NCBI GenBank assembly: GCA_963827685.1
Contig: CAWHBU010000002.1
Span: 1,088,001 to 1,152,000, forward strand
Length of the DNA stretch: 64,000 nucleotides
Reading direction: 5' to 3'
DNA from: an uncultured delta proteobacterium
GTDB lineage: Bacteria > Desulfobacterota > BSN033 > UBA1163
Below the pieces are notes generated by a model. The model was not told the origin of the DNA. It saw only the letters and a list, made by a program, of their open reading frames with translations, and did no database searches. Each line of letters opens with the position of its first letter. The first letter of the stretch is position 1. Of this stretch, positions 9,252-18,972 are shown piece after piece. A program made the position numbers and the translations under genes.

Positions 9252-10356
9252 ATACAAACGCATTAAGTAATGTTACATAGCCTACGAATCTTTTGACAAG
9301 ACCATGAGCGAGTTGTTTTACAAACGACAGACCAAAGATTATCAAGGTTTTCAAACCAACGGTTGGTGGTGGATTCATAGCGAACACTGCGCCAAATCCG
9401 TTCTTGCACGTTTAATCCCGGTTGATACGGGGGTAAATATTCGATATGGAGCCTCGGATGTTTTTTAAGAAATTGTTCGATGGGATCGCCTCTGTGCCAG
9501 CGGGCCCTGTCGACATAAAGCCAAATGGTATATTCTTTAAACCTTCCATAGAGGTGGCGCAAAAGTTTGAGAAACCCTTCTCTATCCCCCCGTTTTGTCT
9601 GAATCATGCCATAGCGTCCAAGCAAAGGATTGACCCACCCAGAGATATTCAAACGGATACGATGCTGGCTGGTCGTGGGAATCTTAAGACGCTTTCCTTT
9701 TTTCGCCCAGCCCCGGCTAAGCCTGGGGTGCATCGTAAAGCCTGTCTCATCCTGGAATACAATTGTCTCTTTTGGCCCCAGGGACTCAAGTTTTTTTTAA
9801 AGCCCGCTGGAACTTTCGGGCTTCTTGGCTTTGTGCTTGAAGATAAGAATAACTCGCTCTCTTTAACCGATAACCCAAATGATGCATCCAGCGTTGGGCT
9901 TGCCGCACCTTCAGGTTTATCCCGAAAGACCGTTTCAGATGAATCGCAACCGTTGGCCCATCCCATTGAGTCCGGTTTAAACCAAATTCCCGCGGAGACT
10001 TCTCTAAGTGTCCCTCCAGCACCCTTTGAATCTTTGTCTCTAACCGTGGAGGCCTTCCCGATCTTGGCTTGGATTTTAAGAACTCTAAGCCGTCTTTGTT
10101 CACCCCGTGAATCCATCGGCTTAAACTCATCCGGGTCAACCCTAACACCTCGGTTATCCATCCCGGACGTTGCCCTTCAAGCACCAGGAGTAAGGCGGCT
10201 ATCTTTATGCCTATCCAAGCCCCTGATATTTGTTCGGCTAATGCTAATAAACGCTCTTTATTGGCCTCTTTATGCTCTAAGATTAATGTGGGATTTTTCA
10301 TGCCCACATATTAACATAAATAAACTGTTATGTCACTTTATTTAGGACGTTTGTAT
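9252..10356 (-). mobile_element. IS630-family insertion sequence
   Basis: Imperfect IRs ATACAAACG...ACATA at both ends; TA duplicated at 9250-9251 and 10357-10358. Confidence 0.92.
9263..10307 (-). CDS. IS630 transposase, two ORFs joined across an A8 run
   Basis: HTH ORF 10307-9786 (GRPPRL); the shifted frame reads KLESLGPKETIVFQDETGF...DRARWH...LPPYQPGLNVQERIW (DDE triad). Confidence 0.9.
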
Positions 10357-10361
10357 TAATT

Positions 10362-10916
10362 ATGGATGAACTAAAAATCTGTAGAAAGATCCATCAGATT
10401 CGTCTTCAAAATAAACTCACTCTCCTGGAGATTGCTCAAAGGACAGGTTTTACTAAAGGTTATCTTTCCTTGATTGAACGGGGGAAGAAATCTCCTCCCA
10501 TCGCCACACTGAGCAAAATTGCCCAGGCCATTGGTGTGGATATCGGGGCCTTTTTTGAACAAAGAAAACCCGAAAACAGTATCATTATTGCGAAGAAAGG
10601 AGAGGGGGAGATTGTTGTTCGGGATGGGACCATCTTTGGATACCGCTATGAGTCCATCGCTCCCACCAAAAGGTTGAAAACAATGGAACCTTTTATAATC
10701 ACCCTCCCATCTAAAAGCAAGGAGGAGAATCGATTTGATCATGAGGGAGAAGAGCTCTTTTATGTATTGGAAGGCCGGATTAATTTTTTCTATGGAGAGA
10801 AAAAATATTTTTTGGTAGAGGGAGATTGCATTTACTTCGATTCCAGTATTCCTCATCGGGGCGAAGGGGTTGGGAAAAAAAGTGCAAAAGCTTTAGTCGT
10901 CATTTATACGCCTTAA
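10362..10916 (+). CDS. XRE-family HTH plus cupin transcriptional regulator
   Basis: LTLLEIAQRTGFTKGYLSLIERG HTH; HEGEE...GDCIYFDSSIPH cupin. Confidence 0.92.
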   Translation: MDELKICRKIHQIRLQNKLTLLEIAQRTGFTKGYLSLIERGKKSPPIATLSKIAQAIGVDIGAFFEQRKPENSIIIAKKGEGEIVVRDGTIFGYRYESIAPTKRLKTMEPFIITLPSKSKEENRFDHEGEELFYVLEGRINFFYGEKKYFLVEGDCIYFDSSIPHRGEGVGKKSAKALVVIYTP

Positions 10917-10968
10917 AAGGTCTGTGTAGAGAAAGGCGAAAATCAACTTTAAAAAAGGAGGTGCGGTC

Positions 10969-12189
10969 ATGAAGAAAAAAGGATTTCGATTTGTTTTGGG
11001 ATTGTTTGGAATAGGACTGATACTGGGAGGGTTTCTAAACGGAGGGTCGGTGATGGCTCAGGATACAATCAAGATCGGAGCAGTACTCCCTCTCAGCAAG
11101 GCTGCTTTTGCTCAGGCAGGCGAGGAGCAGAGGCGGGGACTTCTGATGGCGTTGGAGGAGATCAATCAAGCTGGGGGCGTTCTAGGGAAAAAGTTGGAAC
11201 TGATTATCGAAGATGACACTGGAGAACCCTCTGTAGGTATTGCTGCCGCAGAGAAACTCCTTACTCGGGATAAGGTTGTGGCCTTGATCGGAGGCTATTC
11301 CAGCACCATTACATTCGCACAGCTCAATGCGATTCAACGGCTGGAGCCCTTCGTTGCATGGGTAGGGGCTTCTTCGACCAAGGTGGAGCACGAGTTCGGA
11401 CCAAAGCGATGGTTTTTTCATTATCATCCATGGGATTACCATCGTCAATCGACCATCCGGGATTTTCTCCTCACAATTTCACCTGGGCCCAAGACTGTTG
11501 CCGTAGCCTATGAGGACGGAATCTATGGTACGACTAGCCGTGACTATGTAGTGAAATATTTAAAGGAGAAGGGTTTCGAGATCGTCTTCGACAAACGTTT
11601 CAAGAGCGGCTCCTCCGATTTTACCCCAATGCTCACCAAGATTAAGAAGGCCAACCCAGATGTCTTCTATTGGGTGGCTTATGCTGGTGATACCACCCTG
11701 ATCATGAAACAGGCAAAGGAGATTGACTTAAACCTCAAACTCTTTCTTTCGGTAGCAATCAATTTCCCGCAATACAAAGAATCCCTTGGGGCAACCGGAG
11801 ACTATGTGGCGGGTGTTGATGTATGGATTCCAGGTATAAAACTCTCGGAGACGATTAAGTGGATGGAAAAGTTCAAGAAGGCCTACCCGGGACGGACCCC
11901 TGAGTATTGGGCCCCTCTTGCCTATACCAATTTAATGACTGTGGTGGATGCCATCAAGAGGGCAAGGTCGACGGAGAAGGAAAAACTGATCGCCGCAATG
12001 GAGAAAACCGACTATAACTCACCTTTGGGAAGAATGACCTTCAAGAAGAGCGAGGAAGGTGGGCTGCATCAGGCTATTGATGAACAGATCATTACCCAAT
12101 GGCAGGCGGGAGTTTCACAAGTGGTATATCCTGCCAATAAAGCGACTGGTAAATTGATCTATCCAACACCGAACTGGAAAAATCGCTAG
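10969..12189 (+). CDS. ABC transporter substrate-binding protein (LivK/HAAT family)
   Basis: Signal peptide; IKIGAVLPLS, EEINQAGGVLGKKLEL, DFTPMLTKIK motifs. Confidence 0.92.
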   Translation: MKKKGFRFVLGLFGIGLILGGFLNGGSVMAQDTIKIGAVLPLSKAAFAQAGEEQRRGLLMALEEINQAGGVLGKKLELIIEDDTGEPSVGIAAAEKLLTRDKVVALIGGYSSTITFAQLNAIQRLEPFVAWVGASSTKVEHEFGPKRWFFHYHPWDYHRQSTIRDFLLTISPGPKTVAVAYEDGIYGTTSRDYVVKYLKEKGFEIVFDKRFKSGSSDFTPMLTKIKKANPDVFYWVAYAGDTTLIMKQAKEIDLNLKLFLSVAINFPQYKESLGATGDYVAGVDVWIPGIKLSETIKWMEKFKKAYPGRTPEYWAPLAYTNLMTVVDAIKRARSTEKEKLIAAMEKTDYNSPLGRMTFKKSEEGGLHQAIDEQIITQWQAGVSQVVYPANKATGKLIYPTPNWKNR

Positions 12190-12202
12190 AAGGCCGCGCT
12201 CG

Positions 12203-12733
12203 TTGAGTAAAGAACCCCGCAGCAGAGCTGCGGGGCATTAAAATTCAAAACTTAATTGCTCCTGTTGCTGATACTTTATATAGCGACGTATGACTTCAGA
12301 GGTAACTTTGTCTCCAACAGACCGAACAAAATACCCATCACTCCAAAACTCTCCACCCCAAAGCTCTTTCTTCACCTCTGGAAACTGCTTGAACACCATT
12401 TTCGCCGAGATACTCTTTATGATCTGCACAATCTCTGCCGGACAATACCGAGGAGGGGCAGACAAAAATAAATGAACATGATCATCCTTTACCTCCATCG
12501 TATCTATCTCAAACTCGTACCTCTCCGATATTTGCTCAAAACTCATCTTAAGCCTTTTTGCCAACTCACCTCCCAATATCATCTTCCGATATTTGGGAAC
12601 CCATACCATATGATATTTCAAATCGTAGACCGCATGGCTTGTTCTTTTTATCGAGCTCATGCAGTACTTATACCATGTCTTATCGCTTCGCGAACCTGTT
12701 TTCATCCGCCCAGCAGAGCTGGGCGGTATTCAA
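12203..12733 (-). mobile_element. IS200/IS605-family element (tnpA only)
   Basis: Subterminal hairpins CCCCGCAGC-AGA-GCTGCGGGG (12215-12235) and CCGCCCAGC-AGA-GCTGGGCGG (12706-12726); ends approximate. Confidence 0.85.
12238..12660 (-). CDS. tnpA: IS200-family Y1 transposase TnpA
   Basis: YHMVWVPKYR, DHVHLF (HUH), KSISA, FWSDGYF, YIKYQ motifs. Confidence 0.95.
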   Translation of the reverse strand: MSSIKRTSHAVYDLKYHMVWVPKYRKMILGGELAKRLKMSFEQISERYEFEIDTMEVKDDHVHLFLSAPPRYCPAEIVQIIKSISAKMVFKQFPEVKKELWGGEFWSDGYFVRSVGDKVTSEVIRRYIKYQQQEQLSFEF

Positions 12734-12824
12734 CAGGTATTTTTTATAAATTCTAACTTTACCTAACTCTCTCTATTGTTAGGAAGAATAATGGGGTAAG
12801 GGGGAGAACGGAAAAGAGTTTATT

Positions 12825-13703
12825 ATGGACTGGGCTAGTTTCTTTCAGAGTCTTGCGAATGGAATTCTAATCGCAGGACTTTATGCGACAGTAACTTTGG
12901 GTTTAACCCTTGTTCTTGGAGTGATGGGAATTGTCAATTTTGCCCATGGTGAACTGGTCATGCTGGGGGCCTACAGCACCTTCTGGTTATATACCTTACT
13001 AGGAATTGATCCAATGCTGTCGATCGCCATGAGTGGTCTCATCCTCTTCTTCATCGGACTTTCCATCTACCGTTTCACCATCAGGCCGATCCTGAAGGAT
13101 CCTCCACTCAATCAGCTCCTCCTCACCCTTGGCATCTCCATCTTTCTTCAGAACTTAGCAATGATCCTCTGGAAGACGGATTCGAGGTCGGTCATCACCT
13201 CCTATTCCGGCATGTCACTCCATCTGGGAATGGTCCATGTCGGATTGACGCGTTTGATCACATTTTTGATTGCTGTAGTGTTGACGGTTTTCCTTGTCTT
13301 CTTTCTCTATAAGGCAAGGCCGGGGAGGGCAATGAGAGCAGTCAGTGAGAACAATACTGCTTCCTGGTTGATCGGAGTCAATGTTCAAAAAACGTATATG
13401 TTGGCTTTTGGGGTGGCGGCCGCCATAGCTGGAGCTTCAGGTGCATTGGTCAGTACCATCATGTATACATTTCCAATGGTAGGTTTTAAGTTGGGTCTGA
13501 AGGCTTTTTGTATTCTGATACTGGGAGGATTGGGAAATATCCCAGGCGCTCTTTTTGGAAGCCTAATATTGGGCTTGACCGAATCTTTTGTTGGGACCTA
13601 TGTTCCAGAAGGGTCTGGATGGGCTGAAGGGATCTCTTTTATTCTTATCATGATCATTCTCATCATTAAACCTACAGGGCTAGCTGGGACCCGGAGGGAG
13701 TGA
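12825..13703 (+). CDS. livH: ABC transporter permease (LivH-like)
   Basis: GLTLVLGVMGIVNFAHGE, GRAMRAV, LGGLGNIPGA motifs. Confidence 0.9.
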   Translation: MDWASFFQSLANGILIAGLYATVTLGLTLVLGVMGIVNFAHGELVMLGAYSTFWLYTLLGIDPMLSIAMSGLILFFIGLSIYRFTIRPILKDPPLNQLLLTLGISIFLQNLAMILWKTDSRSVITSYSGMSLHLGMVHVGLTRLITFLIAVVLTVFLVFFLYKARPGRAMRAVSENNTASWLIGVNVQKTYMLAFGVAAAIAGASGALVSTIMYTFPMVGFKLGLKAFCILILGGLGNIPGALFGSLILGLTESFVGTYVPEGSGWAEGISFILIMIILIIKPTGLAGTRRE

Positions 13704-14653
13704 AAGAAATGAAGCGTTCATTCTCTTTGAAAACAATGATTTTGCTGATAGCCCTGGCCATTTTTATGATCTTCTATCCCAAGCTGGTTGATTCCTATTT
13801 TCTCCATCTCACTGTAGCAACCTTCTTGGCGATGATTATGGCAAGCAGTTGGGATATTCTAGCAAGGACTGGACAGGTCTCGGTAGGTCAGGCCGGGCTT
13901 TTTGGGATAGGCGCTTATACAGCTGCCCTTCTCTACCAAAGAGTTCACCTTCCCCCTGTGCTGGGGATGCTGGCTGGAGCAATCTTGGCTATGATCGTTG
14001 CTGTTTTCCTTGGATATCTGACCTTACGTCTCCGGGGAATCTACTTCGCCATTACGACCATTGCATTTGCCGAGGCCTTGTCTGTGATCTGGTTAATGAC
14101 CCCAAGGGTAACAGGGGGAGCAATGGGTGTTTCCACCCCTCCTCTTTTTAATGGCAATCGAGAACACGCCTACTATCTCATTTTGCTTATCCTTGCTCTT
14201 GTTATTTTTGTAGTCTGGTTGATTGAAACATCGAGGCTTAATTTTGCCTTTACAGCGATTCGCGAGAATGAAGAGGTAGCGAATGTCATGGGCATCAATC
14301 CGACCCGGTATAAGGTTCTGGCCTTCATGATCAGCGCCTTTTTTACGGGATTTGCGGGAGGATTTTACAGTCACTATAACACCTATATCATCCCTTATGA
14401 AGTATTCGGCTTAGGCATCTCCATTGCCTGTCTCGTCATGCCGATCTTTGGAGGTCTCTATACCATTGCTGGACCAATCATTGGCACAATCTTGATCAAG
14501 GCGATTGAAGAATATTTGAGGGTTACTTTTTCTTATGGACATCAAATTGCTTACGGTCTGATTCTGGTGGCGGTCGTATTATTTATGCCAGAAGGGTTGC
14601 TCGGACTTTGGAAGGGAAAGATTCTTCCGTTCTTTGGCCGTGTTCGCCAATGA
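13700..14653 (+). CDS. livM: ABC transporter permease (LivM-like)
   Basis: GQVSVGQAGLFGIGAY, LRLRGIYFAITT, AIRENE motifs. Confidence 0.9.
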   Translation: MKEMKRSFSLKTMILLIALAIFMIFYPKLVDSYFLHLTVATFLAMIMASSWDILARTGQVSVGQAGLFGIGAYTAALLYQRVHLPPVLGMLAGAILAMIVAVFLGYLTLRLRGIYFAITTIAFAEALSVIWLMTPRVTGGAMGVSTPPLFNGNREHAYYLILLILALVIFVVWLIETSRLNFAFTAIRENEEVANVMGINPTRYKVLAFMISAFFTGFAGGFYSHYNTYIIPYEVFGLGISIACLVMPIFGGLYTIAGPIIGTILIKAIEEYLRVTFSYGHQIAYGLILVAVVLFMPEGLLGLWKGKILPFFGRVRQ

Positions 14654-14702
14654 TGGAAATAAAAAGAACTTTGTTGTTATTGAAAGGGAACGTTCGCGAA
14701 CA

Positions 14703-15461
14703 ATGGAGAACATATTTTTACTTCAGGTAAAAAAGCTCACCAAACATTTTGGCGGCCTTGCTGCAGTTCAGAATGTCAGTTTTGAGATTCGTCGTGGAGA
14801 GATTGTGAGCCTGATTGGCCCTAATGGTGCGGGCAAGACAACGATCTTCAATCTCATCTCAGGGGTCTACGCCCCGGATTCAGGAGAAATTCTGCTCGAC
14901 AATGAAAACCTTTTAGGCCGAAGACCTTTTGAGGTCTGCCAGAAGGGGATCGGGCGAACTTTCCAAATTATGCAACCCTTTCCACACATGACAGTTCTCG
15001 AAAATGTTATGACCAGTGGCTTATTCGGGAGAGTGCCGAAGATCTCTATGAGTCAAACAGAAGAGGAGAGCATGGAACTCTGCCAACTCGTGGGGTTGGG
15101 TGATAAACAAAAGGTCCTCCCAAGGAATCTTACCGTGGCAGACCAGAAGAGAATCGAAATTGCTCGGGCCCTTGCCGTCAAACCCAAACTCCTTTTACTC
15201 GATGAAGTAATGTCCGGCCTTACTCCCACCGAAACTGGTGAGGCGATTAAGTTGGTTCGTCGGCTGAGAGAAATTGGGACAACGATCTTTTTGATCGAAC
15301 ATGTGATGAAGGTCGTTATGGACATTTCGGACCGGGTCATTGTCCTTCATCATGGAGAAAAGATTTCAGAGGGAACGTCTACAGAAGTGGCAAATGATCA
15401 AAAAGTAATTGAAGCCTATTTGGGAGAGCATATAGATGAGTCAGGGGAGGCATCGTGCTAG
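14703..15461 (+). CDS. livG: ABC transporter ATP-binding protein (LivG-like)
   Basis: GPNGAGKTT, GIGRTFQ, LLLLDE, VIEAYLG; start set at the MENIF ATG. Confidence 0.9.
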   Translation: MENIFLLQVKKLTKHFGGLAAVQNVSFEIRRGEIVSLIGPNGAGKTTIFNLISGVYAPDSGEILLDNENLLGRRPFEVCQKGIGRTFQIMQPFPHMTVLENVMTSGLFGRVPKISMSQTEEESMELCQLVGLGDKQKVLPRNLTVADQKRIEIARALAVKPKLLLLDEVMSGLTPTETGEAIKLVRRLREIGTTIFLIEHVMKVVMDISDRVIVLHHGEKISEGTSTEVANDQKVIEAYLGEHIDESGEASC

Positions 15462-16162
15462 CTTTAGAACGAATTGATGTCTATTATGGGAATATTCAAG
15501 CCCTATGGCAAGTGAGCCTAAGTGTAAAAGAGGGAGAAATGATCGGGATTGTCGGATCGAATGGCGCTGGAAAATCGACGATCCTTCGAACAATCTCAGG
15601 ACTGATTAAACCCAAAAAGGGGTCCATCGAGTTTGACTCAAAACGGATTGATCCACTCAGCCCAGACGAGATTGTCCGCCGAGGAATCTCGATGGTTCCT
15701 GAGGGGAGAGAGCTCTTCCCGAGAATGAGCGTTCTTGAAAACCTTGAGCTGGGAGCTGCTTATATCAATAGGGCCTACACTCAAACAAAGGAGTCTTTAG
15801 GGTGGGTTCATTCTCTCTTCCCTATTCTTCAGGAAAGATCAAGTCAACTTGCAGGAACCCTGAGCGGCGGGGAGCAGCAGATGGTTGCTATTGGCAGGGC
15901 GCTGATGTCTCGACCCAAGATTCTCATGCTCGATGAACCGTCTTTAGGATTAGCTCCCCTTATGGTCGCCGAAGTCTTTAAAACAACTGCCAAAGTCAGT
16001 CATGAGGGAGTGACGATCCTTTTGGTCGAGCAAAATGTAAGGCAGAGTCTGAAAATGGCACACCGGGCCTATGTCCTTGAGAATGGCCGAATTGTTATGG
16101 AAGGAATGGGAAAGGATCTGATGACCAATAAGCATGTAAAGGAAGCCTACTTAGGATTATAA
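15455..16162 (+). CDS. livF: ABC transporter ATP-binding protein (LivF-like)
   Basis: GSNGAGKST, LSGGEQQM, LDEPSLGLAP, VEQN motifs. Confidence 0.92.
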   Translation: MLALERIDVYYGNIQALWQVSLSVKEGEMIGIVGSNGAGKSTILRTISGLIKPKKGSIEFDSKRIDPLSPDEIVRRGISMVPEGRELFPRMSVLENLELGAAYINRAYTQTKESLGWVHSLFPILQERSSQLAGTLSGGEQQMVAIGRALMSRPKILMLDEPSLGLAPLMVAEVFKTTAKVSHEGVTILLVEQNVRQSLKMAHRAYVLENGRIVMEGMGKDLMTNKHVKEAYLGL

Positions 16163-16190
16163 TTCTTTTTATTTTTTCAGGAGGTTTACA

Positions 16191-17459
16191 ATGGAGAAGA
16201 CCAGCCGGATTTCAGGATTTCACAAAATGGGTTTGGAGGAAAGGCTAAAGATCGTTCAAGGTTTCTCTGATTTAAAAGGAGAAGATCTTAAGACCTTGAC
16301 GAAAGAAGGGGCACTTAACTTTGAGACAGCCGACCGAATGATCGAAAATGTAATCGGAACCATACAGCTTCCGATCGGAATTGCCATGAATTTTCTAATT
16401 AATGGGAAGGAATACCTTATCCCAATGGCTATCGAGGAGCCTTCTGTTGTTGCTGCAGCAAGCAATGCTGCCAGGTTTGCAAGAAGCGGCGGAGGATTTT
16501 TTGTGACGAATACTGGTCCTGTTATGATCGCACAGATTCAGTTGGTCCACATCCCTAATGCCTATGCCACACGGATGGTTCTTTTTGAGAGGAAAGAGGA
16601 AATCTTGGAGGTAGCAAATACTCAGGATCCTATGCTGGTCAGCGTTGGAGGAGGTGCAAAAGATGTTGAGATCAGGGTCCTCGATACACCACTTGGTGAG
16701 ATGGTAATCATCCACCTGATCGTTGATACCCGTGACGCCATGGGTGCCAATGCTGTCAACACCATGGCCGAAGCATTGGCTCCCTTCATTGAGGAATGGA
16801 CAGGAGGAAGGGTCTATTTAAGAATCCTCTCTAACCTTGCAGATAAGAGGCTGGTCAGAGCCAGGACAAAGGTGACGAAAGAGGCTTTGGGTGGTGAAGA
16901 TGCTATTGACGGCATCGTCTATGCACAGGCTTTTGCCGAGGCTGATCCATACCGTGCAGCAACTCACAATAAAGGCATCATGAACGGAGTTATTGCGGTT
17001 ATTATCGCCACTGGAAATGATACCCGCGCCATCGAGGCAGGAGCCCATACCTATGCCGCAAGGTCAGGTCAATATAGCCCATTGACGACCTGGGAAAAAG
17101 ATGTTGATGGAAATCTTGTGGGAACCTTAGAACTTCCTATGGCTGTCGGACTGGTCGGCGGAGCGACAAAAGTGAATCCGGTCTCACAAGTCGCAGTTAG
17201 AATACTCGGTGTGAAATCAGCTGTAGAATTAGGAGAGATCATTGGCGCAGTAGGATTGGCTCAGAATCTGGCAGCCTTAAGAGTTTTAGCGACTGAGGGA
17301 GTTCAGAGAGGGCATATGTCACTTCATGCTAAAAACATAGCTGTGATGGCCGGGGCAACAGGGACTCTCATTGATGAAGTGGCAAAAAGGTTGGTCGAAG
17401 AGAAAAAGGTGAGGGTGGATCGGGCCAAAGAGATTTTAAAAGAGTTCAAGAAAGGTTAA
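16191..17459 (+). CDS. mvaA: Class II (degradative-type) HMG-CoA reductase
   Basis: ENVIG, EEPSVVAA, DAMGAN, THNKG, GLAQN, GHM motifs. Confidence 0.95.
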   Translation: MEKTSRISGFHKMGLEERLKIVQGFSDLKGEDLKTLTKEGALNFETADRMIENVIGTIQLPIGIAMNFLINGKEYLIPMAIEEPSVVAAASNAARFARSGGGFFVTNTGPVMIAQIQLVHIPNAYATRMVLFERKEEILEVANTQDPMLVSVGGGAKDVEIRVLDTPLGEMVIIHLIVDTRDAMGANAVNTMAEALAPFIEEWTGGRVYLRILSNLADKRLVRARTKVTKEALGGEDAIDGIVYAQAFAEADPYRAATHNKGIMNGVIAVIIATGNDTRAIEAGAHTYAARSGQYSPLTTWEKDVDGNLVGTLELPMAVGLVGGATKVNPVSQVAVRILGVKSAVELGEIIGAVGLAQNLAALRVLATEGVQRGHMSLHAKNIAVMAGATGTLIDEVAKRLVEEKKVRVDRAKEILKEFKKG

Positions 17460-17480
17460 GAAAGAGGGGTTAAGAAATAA

Positions 17481-18392
17481 ATGAAGCTTCCAAAATCAGT
17501 CGCTATCGTTGAGGTAGGACCTCGTGATGGACTTCAGAACGAGGGCCGTTTTGTTCCGACAGACCAGAAGATTGAATTGATCGAACGGCTCTCCGAGACC
17601 GGTCTCAAGCGGATTGAGATCACCTCTTTTGTTCATCCCAAAGCAATCCCCCAGCTTCAAGATTCAGAGGAGGTCGTAAGAAGAATCCGGCGAAAGCCGG
17701 GCATCATTTACTCCACCCTTGTCCCAAATGAGAAGGGTTTGGAAAGGGCATTAGCTTCAGGAGTTCAGGAGATTGCTTTCTTCGTCTCTGCTTCTGAAAC
17801 CCACAATCAAAAGAACGTCAAAATGTCTGTGAGCGAATCCCTCAGAGGATTTCGAAATATTGCTGAAAGGGCACTCGCCCATGGGATTCGAATGAGAGGA
17901 TATGTGGTGACGGCCTTCGGGTGTCCCTATGAGGGGAGGATAAAACCCGAAAGGGTTGAGTTCATTGTTGATGAATATAGGACTTTAGGCGTTCATGAAA
18001 TTGCATTAGGAGATACAACTGGAATGGCTAATCCAGTCCAGGTGAGTCGGACGGTGAGCAGAATTAGTCCCAGATTAGAGAAGACAGGCCTTGCCGTTCA
18101 TTTTCATGATACCCGCGGTGTTGCTCTGGCAAATATTCTGGCCGCTCTTCAGGAGGGAGTGACGGTTTTCGATGGGTCAATTGGGGGGCTGGGGGGGTGT
18201 CCTTATGCTCCAGGGGCTTCGGGAAATGTTGCGACTGAAGATTTAGTTAATATGCTGGAGGAAATGGGAATTGAGACAGGTATTGATCTCCAAAAATTGA
18301 TCGGTTGTGCCGAGTATGCCAGAACAATTACGCAAAAAGACCTTCGAAGTCATCTTCTCAGTGCAGGAACAATTTGCTGGGAAGGGACTTAA
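17481..18392 (+). CDS. mvaB: HMG-CoA lyase
   Basis: EVGPRDGLQNE, FGCPYEG, HFHDTRG, GLGGCPYAPGASGNVATED motifs. Confidence 0.95.
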   Translation: MKLPKSVAIVEVGPRDGLQNEGRFVPTDQKIELIERLSETGLKRIEITSFVHPKAIPQLQDSEEVVRRIRRKPGIIYSTLVPNEKGLERALASGVQEIAFFVSASETHNQKNVKMSVSESLRGFRNIAERALAHGIRMRGYVVTAFGCPYEGRIKPERVEFIVDEYRTLGVHEIALGDTTGMANPVQVSRTVSRISPRLEKTGLAVHFHDTRGVALANILAALQEGVTVFDGSIGGLGGCPYAPGASGNVATEDLVNMLEEMGIETGIDLQKLIGCAEYARTITQKDLRSHLLSAGTICWEGT

Positions 18393-18669
18393 TCTTTCCT
18401 CTTTTCCAGATTGTGGTGGGGATCTTTTTATCAGGGATTGACAATCCACATAGCAGGTGAAAGGGATAACCGAAGGGAACGAGGAGAAATTTATAGGTCG
18501 CGAATTACGATATCGAAGGAGTTTCAATATCTGCTATCTATCATCTGTTTCCGATATTTCAAAAAAGCCACGATCTGATTTTCATAAACTCAGCTGGGAT
18601 ACGTGATTTCTACCTGACCTTCCCCCGAGTTGATGGACACACCTGAGAATTTGTATCATTGGACAGGAG

Positions 18670-18972
18670 GTGCGTATGGGGGAAAAGAATCGTCATTTCA
18701 GCCGTGAGTTCAAACGAGATGCAGTGCAGTTGGTCACAGAGAAAGGGATGCCGGTAGGCAAGGTGGCCCGAGAGCTTGATATCCATCCCAATCTTCTTCA
18801 TCTATGGAGGAGGAGGTTCTTAGCTAAAGGGGATAAAGCCTTCGTAGGGAAGGGCCGTGTAACGCCAGAGGAAGCGGAAATAAAGGGGCTCCGGAAGGAA
18901 TTAGAAAAGGTGAAGGAAGAGAGGGACATTTTAAAAAAAGCCTTGGCCGTATTCTCCAAACGAAACAGATGA
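18670..18972 (+). CDS. IS3 OrfA
   Basis: Identical protein to 4173-4475; slippery AAAAAAAG at 18933-18940. Confidence 0.93.
   Translation: MRMGEKNRHFSREFKRDAVQLVTEKGMPVGKVARELDIHPNLLHLWRRRFLAKGDKAFVGKGRVTPEEAEIKGLRKELEKVKEERDILKKALAVFSKRNR

Noticed and set aside
9446-10345. 299-aa plus-strand ORF and the 170-aa alternative-frame ORF
   Set aside because: Shadows of the IS630 transposase.
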